From Demequinaceae bacterium (GTDB taxonomy: Bacteria > Actinomycetota > Actinomycetes > Actinomycetales > JAJYRW01), in NCBI GenBank assembly GCA_027322505.1, contig DAHVRJ010000132.1, positions 2,775-66,774 of the forward strand: DNA of 64,000 nucleotides, in the 5' to 3' direction. The notes beneath the pieces were generated by a model. That model saw nothing but the letters and a program-made list of their open reading frames with translations, did not search any database and was not told where the DNA came from. Both the position numbers and the translations under genes were made by a program. Positions 20,781-31,112 of the stretch are shown one piece after another (positions within the stretch are counted from its first letter, which is position 1; each line of letters starts with the position of its first letter).

Positions 20781-22310
20781 CTATTCCTCTTCCTTCGTCA
20801 TGTACTGCATCAGCAGCTCCTGATTGGCGTCGGCTCGATCAACTTCGCCGGTGATGCGTCCCTCGGCCAGGGTGTAAATCCGGTCACACATACCCAGAAT
20901 TTCCGGCAACTCTGACGAAATCATCAAAATTGCTTTACCCTCGTCAGCCAGGCGCTGAATAATCGTGTAAATCTCGTACTTTGCCCCCACGTCGATGCCG
21001 CGGGTGGGTTCATCAAGAATCAAAATGTCGGGGTCTGCAAAGACCCACTTACTCAAGACAACTTTTTGTTGGTTTCCACCCGAGAGTTGGCCGGTGAGCG
21101 CCGCCACAGAAGGCGTGCGAATGTTCAAGGATTTCCGGTACTCTTCGGCGACCTGAACTTCCTCGTTCTCATTCACCCAACCTCGTTGGGAGATTTTATT
21201 CAGTGCGGCGGCGGAAACGTTGCGCTTCACATCTTCAATGAGATTCAAGCCATAGGTTTTGCGATCTTCTGTCGCATAGGCAATACCGTTGCGAATGGCT
21301 TCGCTAACGGTGCGGGTGGAAATTTCGGTGCCGTTCTTAAAGACTTTTCCGCTGATGTCTTTCCCGTAGGAGCGGCCGAAAAGACTCATCGCTAACTCGG
21401 TACGTCCCGCACCCATCAGCCCGGCAAGGCCGACGATTTCGCCGCGGCGCAAGTGAAAATGCGCATCCTTTACGATCTGTCGATCAGGTTGCAATGGATG
21501 GAAAGCGTTCCAGTTTTCGACCCGGAAGATCTCTTCACCAATTGTTGGTGTGTGTTCGGGGTATCGGTTTTCCAGGTCGCGGCCGACCATGGCGCGAATG
21601 ATGCGCTCCTCAGTGACCTCGTCTTTTTCCATATCGAGGGCCTCAATAACCAGTCCGTCGCGAATCACCGTCGTGGTGTCCGCGATGGCCGCGATCTCAT
21701 TGAGTTTGTGCGAGATCATGATCGAGGTAATTCCCTGCCCCTTAAGGTGGCGCAGCAGATCCAGTAGGTGGGCGGAGTCCTCATCATTTAAGGCCGCGGT
21801 GGGCTCATCAAGAATCAGGATCTTCACGCGCTTGGAAAGCGCCTTGGCGATTTCGATGAGTTGCTGTTTACCAACTCCGATGTCGACCACGCGGGTAACT
21901 GGGTTTTCATCCAGCCCGACGCGGGCCATGAGTTTTGCGGCTTCCGCGTTGGTGGCGTTCCAGTCGATCATTCCAGCTTTTTTGATTTCATTGCCTAGGA
22001 AAATATTTTCGGCAATTGATAAGAAGGGCGAAAGCGCCAGTTCCTGATGAATGATGACGATTCCGCGCTCTTCACTGGACTTAATGTCGTTAAATTCGAC
22101 GACCTCACCATCGAGGATGATGTCGCCGTCATAAGTGCCATGCGGGTATACCCCGGATAGCACCTTCATCAAGGTAGATTTTCCCGCCCCATTTTCACCG
22201 CAGATCGCATGAATTTCCCCGCGGTGCACTTTTAGATTCACATCTTGTAAGGCCTTCACGCCGGGAAACGTCTTCGTAATTCCGCGCATTTCTAAGATGA
22301 AGTCATTCAT
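20781..22310 (-). CDS. mmsA: multiple monosaccharide ABC transporter ATP-binding protein (duplicated ATPase)
   Basis: 509 aa with two ABC cassettes ([17 protein letters not shown]). Confidence 0.92.
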   Translation of the reverse strand: MNDFILEMRGITKTFPGVKALQDVNLKVHRGEIHAICGENGAGKSTLMKVLSGVYPHGTYDGDIILDGEVVEFNDIKSSEERGIVIIHQELALSPFLSIAENIFLGNEIKKAGMIDWNATNAEAAKLMARVGLDENPVTRVVDIGVGKQQLIEIAKALSKRVKILILDEPTAALNDEDSAHLLDLLRHLKGQGITSIMISHKLNEIAAIADTTTVIRDGLVIEALDMEKDEVTEERIIRAMVGRDLENRYPEHTPTIGEEIFRVENWNAFHPLQPDRQIVKDAHFHLRRGEIVGLAGLMGAGRTELAMSLFGRSYGKDISGKVFKNGTEISTRTVSEAIRNGIAYATEDRKTYGLNLIEDVKRNVSAAALNKISQRGWVNENEEVQVAEEYRKSLNIRTPSVAALTGQLSGGNQQKVVLSKWVFADPDILILDEPTRGIDVGAKYEIYTIIQRLADEGKAILMISSELPEILGMCDRIYTLAEGRITGEVDRADANQELLMQYMTKEEE

Positions 22311-22342
22311 CTACAGCCGTCCTTATTTGTTCGAGGGAAAGC

Positions 22343-22381
22343 GGCCCACCGGACAAACCGCACCAACGCGTCCGATGGGCC
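22343..22381 (-). promoter_or_regulatory. intercistronic stem-loop between chvE and mmsA
   Basis: GGCCCACCGGAC (22343-22354) pairs with GTCCGATGGGCC (22370-22381), 11/12 bp. The position just after the binding-protein gene is typical of mRNA-stabilising or partial-terminator hairpins in ABC operons. Confidence 0.5.
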
Positions 22382-22403
22382 ACCCTCCAGGGCACAAGCC
22401 CGT

Positions 22404-23555
22404 TTAGCTCAGATCGTCTTCGGTGTAGTAACCGGAGTCAATGAGCAGTTCTTCGTAGTTGTCCTTGTAGACAACGTGTGGTGGTAGCTGCACCGTGGGT
22501 ACAACCTTTACGCCATTGTCATAGGTCTCAGTATCCAGATCCGAGGGTTCGTCACCCTTCATGATCGTGTCAACCATGTCAACGGTTGCCTCGGCCAATT
22601 CACGGGTGTCCTTGAAGATCGTAGCGAACTGTTCGTCGGCGATGATCGACTTGACCGAGGGAGCCTCCGCGTCCTGACCGGAGACGACGGGGTAGGGCTG
22701 GTCCGCCGTGCCGTAACCCGCACCTTTAAGCGCACCGAGGATACCGATGGACAAACCATCGTAGGGCGAGAGAACCGCATCTACCTTGTCCCCACTGGAG
22801 TAGGTGGAGGTGAGCAGGTTCTCCATGCGGGATTGAGCGGTTGCAGGGTCCCACCGCAGAATGGCAATCGTGGCGAAATCGGTCTGGCCCGACTTCACCT
22901 CAAGAGTGCCGTCATCGATGTAGGGCTGCAGGATTGACATCGCGCCGTCGAAGAAGAAGGTCGCGTTGTTATCGTCTGGCGAGCCGCCGAACAGTTCAAT
23001 GTTGAACGGTCCTTCAGCGTCGCCCTCATTGCCATCCTTATCGAGCAGGCCCAGCCCAACAAGAACCGATGTGGCTTGCTGGACACCGACTTCGAAGTTG
23101 TCGAACGTGGCGTAGTAGTCCACGTGTTCGGAGTCGCGGATCAAGCGGTCGTAGGCGATAACCGGAATGTTATCTTCGGCGGCCGCTTCAAGCTGACTGG
23201 TAAGTGCCGTTCCGTCAATGGAGGCGATTACCAGCAGGTCAGCGCCCTGGGTAATCATGTTGTCCAACTGGTTTACCTGGGTGGGAATGTCATCTTCTGC
23301 ATACTGCAGGTCGACTTCATAACCTAGGGATTCAAGCTGTTCCTTTACGTTGGCGCCATCAGCAATCCAGCGCTCGGACGAGCGAGTGGGCATCGCTACG
23401 CCAATGAGGCCACCTTCTTCGACCTCGCCGTTATCACCGCCGTTTGCTGCGTCCCCATCGTCGCCGCCACTTCCGGCGCCCTCGCCGGCGCAGGCGCCCA
23501 GGGTTAGCGCAAGAGCTAGTCCGGATGCCATCACCGCGAATTTGCGTGTGATCAT
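22404..23555 (-). CDS. chvE: multiple monosaccharide ABC transporter substrate-binding lipoprotein
   Basis: Signal peptide with lipobox LGAC and a periplasmic sugar-binding fold. The start is set at the Met preceded by AAGGAGG; the track ORF starts at 23579. Confidence 0.88.
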   Translation of the reverse strand: MITRKFAVMASGLALALTLGACAGEGAGSGGDDGDAANGGDNGEVEEGGLIGVAMPTRSSERWIADGANVKEQLESLGYEVDLQYAEDDIPTQVNQLDNMITQGADLLVIASIDGTALTSQLEAAAEDNIPVIAYDRLIRDSEHVDYYATFDNFEVGVQQATSVLVGLGLLDKDGNEGDAEGPFNIELFGGSPDDNNATFFFDGAMSILQPYIDDGTLEVKSGQTDFATIAILRWDPATAQSRMENLLTSTYSSGDKVDAVLSPYDGLSIGILGALKGAGYGTADQPYPVVSGQDAEAPSVKSIIADEQFATIFKDTRELAEATVDMVDTIMKGDEPSDLDTETYDNGVKVVPTVQLPPHVVYKDNYEELLIDSGYYTEDDLS

Positions 23556-23643
23556 TCTTCTCCTCCTTGAGAGTTGCATACCGAAAGCCAGTGCCGACCT
23601 TCGGTGTTACCGCCGCCTATGGGAAAGGCGGCGACAAGTTTCT

Positions 23644-24456
23644 TTACTGTTTTACTTCGGTCAGGGCCAGGCCCGTAGCACGCATTGCGTTCAGTTCTGC
23701 TGCGGGCGCTGAATCTGACGTAATCAGTAGATCTATGTCGCTCAGGCGCGCCACTCTTCCTAAGTGGACTTGCCCGATTTTGGAACCATCTGCCACAACA
23801 ACGCACTTTGTTGCTGAGGTGATCATGCGGCGTTTAACCTCTGCCTCAGGCAGGTTGAGGTTAGTAATTCCGCCTTTGGTAGCCGCTCCATTGCAGCCAA
23901 TAAATGCCAGATCGGTGTGGAGCCGCTCCAGTGCGGAGGTGGCCATCGGATCGATCAGGGAGTGTTGCTGCGGACGCACCGTACCTCCCGTTACGACGAC
24001 GGTAAAGCGCGGGATTGTTCGCTCAAGTTCCATCGCGATGGTCAAGCCATTTGTGATTACTACGACGTTTTCTAAATCGGTGCGCGCAGCCAGTTCGCGC
24101 GCAACTTGCGTCGTGGTGGTGCCAACGTCAAGCAAGATGGAGGTCCCAGACTCCACCAGCGAAGCAGCCTCGCGGGCGATCGCTGCCTTTTGAGCGGCAT
24201 TCGCGCCAATTGACTCTTCGAAACTGGGCTCGGCGGGCATCGCAATCCGCAGCATCGCCCCGCCGCGTACCCGTCGAATGACTTCGCTGTCTTGCAACAC
24301 TTCCAAGTCGCTTCGGACTGTAACTTCCGAAATGCCGAAAGCTTCGCTTAGATCTCCCACGCGAACGAATTCGCGCTCAGCGATGAGCTCCAGCATGCGC
24401 TCCCTGCGGAGTGCCGCTGGTAGCGGAGAGATCTTGTTAACGTTCACACACAACAC
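23644..24456 (-). CDS. DeoR/GlpR family transcriptional regulator
   Basis: N-terminal HTH (RRERMLELIAEREFVRVGDLSEAFGISEVTVRSDL) and a C-terminal sugar-phosphate sensor domain. The exact start among several GTG codons is uncertain. Confidence 0.85.
   Translation of the reverse strand: MLCVNVNKISPLPAALRRERMLELIAEREFVRVGDLSEAFGISEVTVRSDLEVLQDSEVIRRVRGGAMLRIAMPAEPSFEESIGANAAQKAAIAREAASLVESGTSILLDVGTTTTQVARELAARTDLENVVVITNGLTIAMELERTIPRFTVVVTGGTVRPQQHSLIDPMATSALERLHTDLAFIGCNGAATKGGITNLNLPEAEVKRRMITSATKCVVVADGSKIGQVHLGRVARLSDIDLLITSDSAPAAELNAMRATGLALTEVKQ
24435..24448. promoter_or_regulatory. candidate LacI-family operator at the 5' end of the DeoR-regulator gene
   Basis: TGTTAACGTTCACA is a 14-bp near-palindrome with a central CG and matches 12/14 of the site upstream of araB. 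Confidence 0.4.
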
Positions 24457-24646
24457 TTTCGCTTACTTGCGAAAGGGTGTCAATCAACGTTTCGTATCGA
24501 AAGGATAACGAATCGATAACTCGATGGGCCGCAAATGATCGCGCTCTCATCCGCAGAAGTTCCATGTTTCGGCGTTTTCAGCGGGAAGGGGCCAAAAGCG
24601 CGGTTTCGAAAGTAATTTTGTTAACGATGTTTCGACTTGATAAGTC
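24456..24646. promoter_or_regulatory. promoter/operator region of the DeoR-chvE-mmsAB operon with TTTCG/CGAAA palindromes
   Basis: CTTTCGC-N6-GCGAAAG (24456-24475), TTTCG-N3-CGAAA (24490-24502) and TTTCGAAA (24604-24611), plus ATCGA-N4-TCGAT and CGACTT-N3-AAGTCG palindromes. Confidence 0.4.
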
Positions 24647-24690
24647 GGGCTACGACTTTGGCGGGGCAAATACCAGCACCAAATACCGAC

Positions 24691-24731
24691 ACCAAATAAA
24701 AGACGGCGGAGGCCAAAGGCCTCCGCCGTCT
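24691..24731 (-). terminator. rho-independent terminator of araBDA
   Basis: 14-bp perfect stem AGACGGCGGAGGCC/GGCCTCCGCCGTCT with a 3-nt loop, followed on the minus strand by TTTTATTT. Confidence 0.8.
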
Positions 24732-24857
24732 AATTTCGGGCCGCACGCGCCGCGGGCATACCTATCGCCGCATCAATTGCGGGCCTACAGCGCGCTACCC
24801 AAATCGGGGTGCACATTGCTCCCCGCCTTTGTCACAGCATGTTCAGCAATACGCGGT

Positions 24858-26366
24858 TTAGAACCCTTCGGCGAGGCGGTAGTAGGCCTGATTCCACCGC
24901 ACCTGCTGGGCGAAGTCGCGTGAGGTGGTGTTGTTATCAATTACCAACAGCTCGGTTTGGGCGATTTCTGAAAAGTCGGCGAAGGCTTCGAGCCCGACGG
25001 CCGTTGACATCACGGTGTGGTGGGCAGCGCCAGCAATCAGCCAGGATTCGGCTGAGGTAGCAAAATCTGGTTCGGGCTGCCATACCGCCCGAGCGACCGG
25101 CAACTTAGGCAGATCTTGATCGGGCTCAACCACGTTGACCACGTTTGCTGTCAGGCGGAAACGATCACGCATATCGGACATGGCCACCACAATTCCGGGC
25201 CCCGGGTCAGTGTTGAACACCAAGCGCACCGGGTCTTCCCGGTCGCCAATTCCCAGCGGGTGGATTTCCAAACTCGGCTTGTCGGTCGTCAGCGACGGGC
25301 AGATCTCGAGCATGTGGGCGCCCAGAATCTTCTCCGCCCCCGGAGTCATGTCGTAGGTGTAGTCCTCCATCAACGACGCACCGCCAGGTAGGCCCTGGCC
25401 CATGACCTTGGCAACACGTACCAAGATCGCGGTCTTCCAGTCCCCTTCCGCGCCGAATCCATAGCCATCAGCCATTAAGCGCTGCACAGCCAATCCGGGC
25501 AATTGCCGCAGCCCACCGAGGTCTTCGAACGTGTTGGTGAAGGCTCCAAAACCGCCCTCTTCCAAAAACGAGCGCATACCCCATTCCTGCTTTGCGCCAT
25601 ACCGCAAGGACTCGTGCCGCTCCCCACCAGCCCGCAGTTCGGGAGCCACATCGTAGAGCTCTTCATACTCGGCCACTAGCGCATCAATATCCGCCTTTGG
25701 AGCCGCCTCTACCCGCTCAACCAAGTCGTTTACGCCCCACGTGTTCACCGACACGCCAAAGCGCAACTCCGCCTCAGTCTTATCCCCTTCAGTAACAGCA
25801 ACATTGCGCATATTGTCACCAAAACGCGCCAACTTCAGATTCTGGGCGGCATGCCATCCCGCAGCCGCCCGCGTCCAAGTCCCAATGCGCCCATTCGTAT
25901 GGGCATGCGCCGTATGGCCCACCACGGTCTTACGCGGTACCGACAAACGCGACTGGATATACCCAAATTCCCGGTCACCATGGGCAGCCTGGTTCAGGTT
26001 CATAAAGTCCATGTCGATCGTCGACCACGGCAACTCAACGTTGTCCTGAGTATGCAGATGCAACAGCGGCTTTTGCAGCGCATCCAACCCCGAAATCCAC
26101 ATCTTCGCCGGCGAGAACGTGTGCATCCAAGCGATAATGCCCACACACTCATCCGTCGAGTTCGCCTCCAAGAACAGCCGCTTAATAGCGTCCGAAGAAG
26201 TCAAAACCGGCTTCCACACCACCCGAACCGGAACCTGGGCGTCATCCGCAATCCGCTCAGCAACCTTGCGGGACTGTTCCGCAACCTGATCCAACGTCTC
26301 AGGGCCATAAAGCCCCTGGCTGCCGGTTACAAACCAGACTTCGAGTTCGTTGAGGTTGGTTTTCAT
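24858..26366 (-). CDS. araA: L-arabinose isomerase
   Basis: 502 aa with full-length AraA features. It overlaps the araD stop by 4 nt. Confidence 0.95.
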   Translation of the reverse strand: MKTNLNELEVWFVTGSQGLYGPETLDQVAEQSRKVAERIADDAQVPVRVVWKPVLTSSDAIKRLFLEANSTDECVGIIAWMHTFSPAKMWISGLDALQKPLLHLHTQDNVELPWSTIDMDFMNLNQAAHGDREFGYIQSRLSVPRKTVVGHTAHAHTNGRIGTWTRAAAGWHAAQNLKLARFGDNMRNVAVTEGDKTEAELRFGVSVNTWGVNDLVERVEAAPKADIDALVAEYEELYDVAPELRAGGERHESLRYGAKQEWGMRSFLEEGGFGAFTNTFEDLGGLRQLPGLAVQRLMADGYGFGAEGDWKTAILVRVAKVMGQGLPGGASLMEDYTYDMTPGAEKILGAHMLEICPSLTTDKPSLEIHPLGIGDREDPVRLVFNTDPGPGIVVAMSDMRDRFRLTANVVNVVEPDQDLPKLPVARAVWQPEPDFATSAESWLIAGAAHHTVMSTAVGLEAFADFSEIAQTELLVIDNNTTSRDFAQQVRWNQAYYRLAEGF

Positions 26367-27094
26367 TTCATCTCTCCTTGCGGGCTTTGGCCGTAGACAT
26401 TTTGGTAACGATCGAATAATGAGTCGATGTCACTTTGTGCGATAGGAATTGCCTCGCCGAGTTGGCGGGAAATATGAACGGTGCGGGCGGCGTCTTCGCA
26501 CATAACGGCGGCCTTAACGGCGTCAGCGGCGTCCTTACCGATGGTGAAGGGGCCGTGGTTTTGCATGATGACCGCGCGCGAGCGGTGGCCGCGCAGCGTG
26601 TCGACAATGCCTTTTCCGATGTCGTCGGAGCCGATGAGCGCAAAGGGTCCGATCGGGATTTCGCCGCCGAATTCGTCCCCAATCGCGGTCAAAACGCAGG
26701 GAACGGCCTCACCGCGCGCGGCCCAGGCACACGCGTAGGTGGAGTGAGTGTGGACGACGCCACCCACCTCTTCCATATGCCGATAGACATAGGCGTGGGA
26801 ATCGGTATCGGATGAGGGGGCGTGCTCTCCTTGCACCACGTTGCCGTACAGATCGCACACCACCATCGATTCGGGGGTGAGATCGTCATAGGAAAGCCCG
26901 GAAGGCTTGATGACCATCAGGTCGTAGCCGGGGACGCGGGAGGAGACGTTCCCACCAGTCCACACCACCAGGCCCCAGCGCAGGATTTCGGCGTGCTGCT
27001 TGGTCAGGTCCTCCCGGATTTCTTGAATCTGCTGCTTGAGTTCAGCTGACCAGTTGGCCGGGTCGTGTTCAGGTTTGCGTTCAGCGTTAGTCAT
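26363..27094 (-). CDS. araD: L-ribulose-5-phosphate 4-epimerase (class II aldolase fold)
   Basis: 243 aa with metal-binding His motifs (HTHS, HNHG-like QNHG), lying between araB and araA. Confidence 0.93.
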   Translation of the reverse strand: MTNAERKPEHDPANWSAELKQQIQEIREDLTKQHAEILRWGLVVWTGGNVSSRVPGYDLMVIKPSGLSYDDLTPESMVVCDLYGNVVQGEHAPSSDTDSHAYVYRHMEEVGGVVHTHSTYACAWAARGEAVPCVLTAIGDEFGGEIPIGPFALIGSDDIGKGIVDTLRGHRSRAVIMQNHGPFTIGKDAADAVKAAVMCEDAARTVHISRQLGEAIPIAQSDIDSLFDRYQNVYGQSPQGEMK

Positions 27095-27130
27095 ATTTGG
27101 CTCACTTTCTTGCGGGTGTTCCGCAAAGTG

Positions 27131-28732
27131 TTAAAGATTTTCGACGGCGGCGCGCTCCACCGCTAAGCCGGCGCGCCAGTCGGTGTAAAACTCGTTGAAA
27201 CCGGCCACGTCTTTCTCCTGTGGCTCTTCGGTAAGGAAGGTCGTTTGGGCAAATACTTCGCGATCTAGGTACTGCTGGAGACTCTCGCCCTGGGCATGCC
27301 GACCACTTGCCGCATAGGCCGCGAGAACTGCAATGCCCCAGGCGCCTCCCTCACTGGCAGTATCGGAAATAGAGACCGGCACGTTAAGGGCTCCGGCCAA
27401 AAGCTGCTGGGCAACTCCCTCGGTTTGGAACATTCCGCCGTGCGCGAGCAGTTTGTCGACCTCAACGCCCTCTTCTTGCGTCAAAATGTCCATTCCCAAC
27501 CGCAGCGTGGCAAATGCCGCATAGAGCTGGCTGCGCACGAAGTTGCCCACCGTGAATTTCCGGCCCGGGCGGCGCACAACTAGGGGGCGCCCCTCTTCAA
27601 AGCCGGTGATGTGCTCACCCGAAAGATAGTTATAGGCAACGAGCCCGCCCGCGTCGGCGTCTGCCGCCAGGGCGCTGTTAAACAACGCTTGGAATACGTC
27701 CGCGCTGGCCACGGCCTCCCCCTGAAGCTGCGTGGCGAACTCCTGAAAAATTTGGGCCCAGTCCCCAATTTCGCTCGCGCCGTTATTGCAGTGCACCATG
27801 GCGACCTGGTCGCCGGCGGGAGTGGTCACAATATCGAGTTCGTCGTGGCGCTTCTTGAGCGCTTTTTCGAGTACGACCATGCCGAAAATGGAGGTTCCAA
27901 CGCTGATGTTGCCCGTGCGGGGCGCGACCGCATCAGTTGCAACCATGCCGGTGCCCGCATCGCCCTCAGGGGGGCAAAATACGGCGCCGGGGTGCAGATC
28001 GCCCTCCGGATCTAACGCGCGCGCTCCGGCCTCGGTGAGCGCACCCGCTTCTTCACCGGCGGTGCGCACGGAAGGCAAGATCTCGGCGATATTCCAAGAA
28101 AAGCCCTTATCGGCGATGAGCTCGGTGAATTTTTCGAGCATTCCGGAATCGAATTGGCCAGTTTGGCTGTCGATCGGGAACATGCCGGACGCTTCGCCCA
28201 CTCCCAGGATCTTTTCGCCCGTGAGCTGCCAGTGCACGTATCCGGCAAGCGTGGTCAGTGAGCGCACCTGGTCAACATGGTCTTCACCATTCAAGATCGC
28301 CTGATAGAGATGGGCAATGCTCCAGCGCTGCGGAATGTTAAACGAGAAAAGTTCTGAGAGCTGCGAGCTTGCGGCCTCGGTGAAGGTGTTGCGCCAAGTT
28401 CGAAACGGAGTGAGCAATTCATCTGCCTCGTTGAAGGGCAGATAGCCGTGCATCATGGCTGAGATCCCCACGCTGCCCACCGTGGTGAGCGTGGTGCCGT
28501 AGGTTTTGCGCACGTCAGCCTTCAAATCGGCGTAGCTGGCGCGCAGCCCCTGCCAAACCGCGTCTAACGAGTAAGTCCACACGCCGTTTTCATAACTGTT
28601 CTCCCACTCGTGCGATCCGGTGGCCAGCGGCTCCTTGTCGGGGCCAATTAGCACCGCTTTTATGCGGGTGGACCCCAGTTCGATGCCAATGGCGAGTGAT
28701 TCACCTGCTGGCAATTCAAGGGCGGTCGTCAT
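27131..28732 (-). CDS. araB: ribulokinase (FGGY carbohydrate kinase)
   Basis: 533-aa FGGY kinase (IGIELGSTRIKAV), first gene of the ara operon. Confidence 0.85.
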   Translation of the reverse strand: MTTALELPAGESLAIGIELGSTRIKAVLIGPDKEPLATGSHEWENSYENGVWTYSLDAVWQGLRASYADLKADVRKTYGTTLTTVGSVGISAMMHGYLPFNEADELLTPFRTWRNTFTEAASSQLSELFSFNIPQRWSIAHLYQAILNGEDHVDQVRSLTTLAGYVHWQLTGEKILGVGEASGMFPIDSQTGQFDSGMLEKFTELIADKGFSWNIAEILPSVRTAGEEAGALTEAGARALDPEGDLHPGAVFCPPEGDAGTGMVATDAVAPRTGNISVGTSIFGMVVLEKALKKRHDELDIVTTPAGDQVAMVHCNNGASEIGDWAQIFQEFATQLQGEAVASADVFQALFNSALAADADAGGLVAYNYLSGEHITGFEEGRPLVVRRPGRKFTVGNFVRSQLYAAFATLRLGMDILTQEEGVEVDKLLAHGGMFQTEGVAQQLLAGALNVPVSISDTASEGGAWGIAVLAAYAASGRHAQGESLQQYLDREVFAQTTFLTEEPQEKDVAGFNEFYTDWRAGLAVERAAVENL

Positions 28733-28783
28733 TGCTCATCCCTTTCCCGTCGTCGGGATCATTAGTTAGCGCGACACTCACTA

Positions 28784-28797
28784 TGTTAACGCTAACA
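28784..28797. promoter_or_regulatory. candidate LacI-family (AraR-type) operator upstream of araB
   Basis: TGTTAACGCTAACA is a 14-bp near-palindrome with a central CG, 52 nt upstream of the araB ATG. A weaker related site, TAGTTAGCGCGACA, lies at 28763-28776. Confidence 0.55.
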
Positions 28798-28951
28798 ATT
28801 ACGGTGTCAAATTACAGCCGGCGTGCCCAGGAGGCAAATACCGGCAGATATAGATATCTCACCACATCGCGCCCCGACAGTGCGCGGGCGCCCGCGAGCG
28901 CGGACCGGCGTGCCAACCGCATGGCGTAAGGCACTGACAAATACCGCACGG

Positions 28952-28993
28952 ATTAGTCGGTGCGCATTAGTCGGTGCGCATTAGTCGGTGCGC
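28952..28993. repeat. perfect tandem repeat, 14 bp x 3 (ATTAGTCGGTGCGC)
   Basis: Three identical head-to-tail units, 30 nt beyond the stop of the LacI-family gene. Confidence 0.9.
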
Positions 28994-29022
28994 GGCAAGA
29001 TTCAGTCTTCGCGCACCAGGAG

Positions 29023-30135
29023 TCAGTCGCGGCGCGGCGGGGCGGTGGACTGGCGGATTACTAGTTCGGGTTTGATCGGCGCCAGGTGCGGCTTGCCCTT
29101 ATCTTCCAGGGCCTTTAGGAGGGCCGCAATGCACTGGCGTCCCAGTTCTTCGAAGTTTTGCCGCACGGTCGTTAGCGGCGGGCGGTAGTACTCCGCTCCG
29201 GGAACGTCATCGAATCCCACAACGGACACGTCCCCCGGCACGTCGTAACCAGCTTCAGTTAGCGCATAAATAAGTCCGAGCGCCATCGGGTCGTTTCCAG
29301 CAAATATCGCGCTCGGTAGCGCGCTGGCGCTCATGGACTTGCCGACCTCATAGCCCTGCTGCGAGGTCCAGTCACCAACTATTACTGGGTGGGGTTTAAG
29401 GCCCGCTGCCTCCATTTCCGCTCGATAACCCACGACGCGAGCGCGGGCGTCAAAAGAATCGCGCGGCCCAGTCAAATGCACAATTTCTTCATGACCAGAC
29501 TCGACCAGGTGGCGCACCGCCAAACGCGCACCGAGTTCTTGGTCAACGGCGACCGGAATTTCATCGGCGCGCGGCTTACGCCCCGCCCCCACGACCACGA
29601 TGGGAATATCTAGGCCTAAGGATTCAAACGTGTCATCGCCCTCAATACTGGTCGTGACAACTACTAGGCCATCGACATCCTGTTCAATGAAGTGATCGAT
29701 CGCGCTGTGAACCGACTTGGAGTCCACCGTGCTCATATTCGCTAGCGACACGTAGTAACCGGCTTCGCGGGCAGCGCTCTCAACTCCCATCAGGGTTGAA
29801 GAGGGGCCGTAGAGTTCCGCCCCGAAAGTGACCACGCCAAAAGTGCGTGAAGCCTGGGTAACCAGCGCGCGCGCCGCGACGTTGCGGCGATATCCCAGTT
29901 CAGCGATGGCGGCTAAAACGCGCTCGCGTGTTTCCGGGCGCACCGCGGGTGAGTGATTTAAAACTCGCGAAACGGTTTGGTGTGAAACACCCGCGACCCG
30001 GGCAACGTCTGCCATACGCGGCTTACGACCGCGTTGGCCCGCATGCCTCCTATCGGAAGCGGCGCCGTCCGAAATTGCAGCCCCCTCGGTTCCCGCCGCG
30101 GCGGGTTTTGCAGACGAAGCGCCAGAAGTTGTCAC
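29023..30135 (-). CDS. LacI family transcriptional regulator (probable arabinose repressor)
   Basis: HTH MADVARVAGVSHQTVSRVLN and a periplasmic-binding-protein-like effector domain. The ~40-aa N-terminal extension may not be translated. Confidence 0.85.
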   Translation of the reverse strand: MTTSGASSAKPAAAGTEGAAISDGAASDRRHAGQRGRKPRMADVARVAGVSHQTVSRVLNHSPAVRPETRERVLAAIAELGYRRNVAARALVTQASRTFGVVTFGAELYGPSSTLMGVESAAREAGYYVSLANMSTVDSKSVHSAIDHFIEQDVDGLVVVTTSIEGDDTFESLGLDIPIVVVGAGRKPRADEIPVAVDQELGARLAVRHLVESGHEEIVHLTGPRDSFDARARVVGYRAEMEAAGLKPHPVIVGDWTSQQGYEVGKSMSASALPSAIFAGNDPMALGLIYALTEAGYDVPGDVSVVGFDDVPGAEYYRPPLTTVRQNFEELGRQCIAALLKALEDKGKPHLAPIKPELVIRQSTAPPRRD

Positions 30136-30146
30136 GGTTCCAGATG

Positions 30147-30971
30147 CTACTGCCCCAGCTCACGTCCGAGCTCAACGGAGCGATCGTGGGAGGCCTGAAC
30201 GGCAGCGATGAGGGCGGCTCGCACGCCGCGTTCATCGAGCTCGCGCAGCGCCGCAATTGTGGTGCCTCCGGGGGACGATACGCGCTCGCGCGCAACGGCC
30301 GGGTGATCTCCGGTTTCTTGGAGGAGCGTCGCCGCGCCCAAGAGCGTTTGTATCGCAAGTTCTTGCGCTTCTTCGCGGGTCAATCCCAGTAACACTCCGG
30401 CTTCACTGAGCGCGTCGGCGATGTAAAAGGCGTAGGCCGGCCCGGAGCCGGACAGGCCAACCACGGCGTCTTGCTGCTTTTCTGGCACGCGCATCACGCG
30501 TCCGGTCTGGGCGAGCAACTCTTCGGTCAGGGTGAGGTGTTTTGCTGTGGCGTGCGCTCCAGCGCTGATCGCGGACATTCCCTGGCCCACGACCGCGGGC
30601 GTGTTGGGCATGACGCGTACGACGGGCTGATTGGTGGGTAGCCGGTGTGCGAACCAGTCCGTCGACAGCCCCGCAGCCACACTAATGACGAGGGCATGCG
30701 GTTCAAGTGTGGAGGAAATTTCACCAAGGAGTGCGCCGGCGTCCTGCGGTTTAACGGCCAAAACAATGACGTCGGCTCCCGCAACTGCCTGCGGATTTGA
30801 GTCAGCGAGGATGACACCGTGCCGCTGGGAAATCCGCTGGGCCACTTCGGCGCGCTGCTCGGACAAGATCACGCGCTCCCCCGACCACCCGGCAGCAAGG
30901 ATTCCGGCCAGGATTGTCTCGCCCATAATGCCGCCGCCTAATACCGCGATCTTTTCGTGTGGTTTCGACAT
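30147..30971 (-). CDS. proC: pyrroline-5-carboxylate reductase
   Basis: Rossmann motif GGGIMG and the ProC C-terminal dimerisation domain (SPGGTT). Confidence 0.92.
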   Translation of the reverse strand: MSKPHEKIAVLGGGIMGETILAGILAAGWSGERVILSEQRAEVAQRISQRHGVILADSNPQAVAGADVIVLAVKPQDAGALLGEISSTLEPHALVISVAAGLSTDWFAHRLPTNQPVVRVMPNTPAVVGQGMSAISAGAHATAKHLTLTEELLAQTGRVMRVPEKQQDAVVGLSGSGPAYAFYIADALSEAGVLLGLTREEAQELAIQTLLGAATLLQETGDHPAVARERVSSPGGTTIAALRELDERGVRAALIAAVQASHDRSVELGRELGQ

Positions 30972-31112
30972 GCACCCTCCAGATGGAAACGATCAGAACC
31001 GAGCCTACGCGTATTCGTCACGGTTTAGGGGCAAGCCGCGCAACTTAAGTGAATGCGACGGGCCGAAACGCAACGGCTGGGGTGCGTGCAGCAGCCCCAG
31101 CGGGTATCGGGG

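Noticed and set aside
24667-24700. Recurring CAAATACC motif (three copies at 24667-24700, also near 28841 and 28937) as a shared regulatory element of the ara island
   Set aside because: The three clustered copies coincide with the U-tract side of the araBDA terminator on the minus strand. The other two are isolated 8-mers, which is too little evidence beyond chance.
24477-24923. 148-aa ORF in the DeoR/araA intergenic region as a real gene
   Set aside because: It runs straight through the operator palindromes and the strong araBDA terminator hairpin and into the araA 3' end on the opposite strand. It has no RBS and a low-complexity translation.
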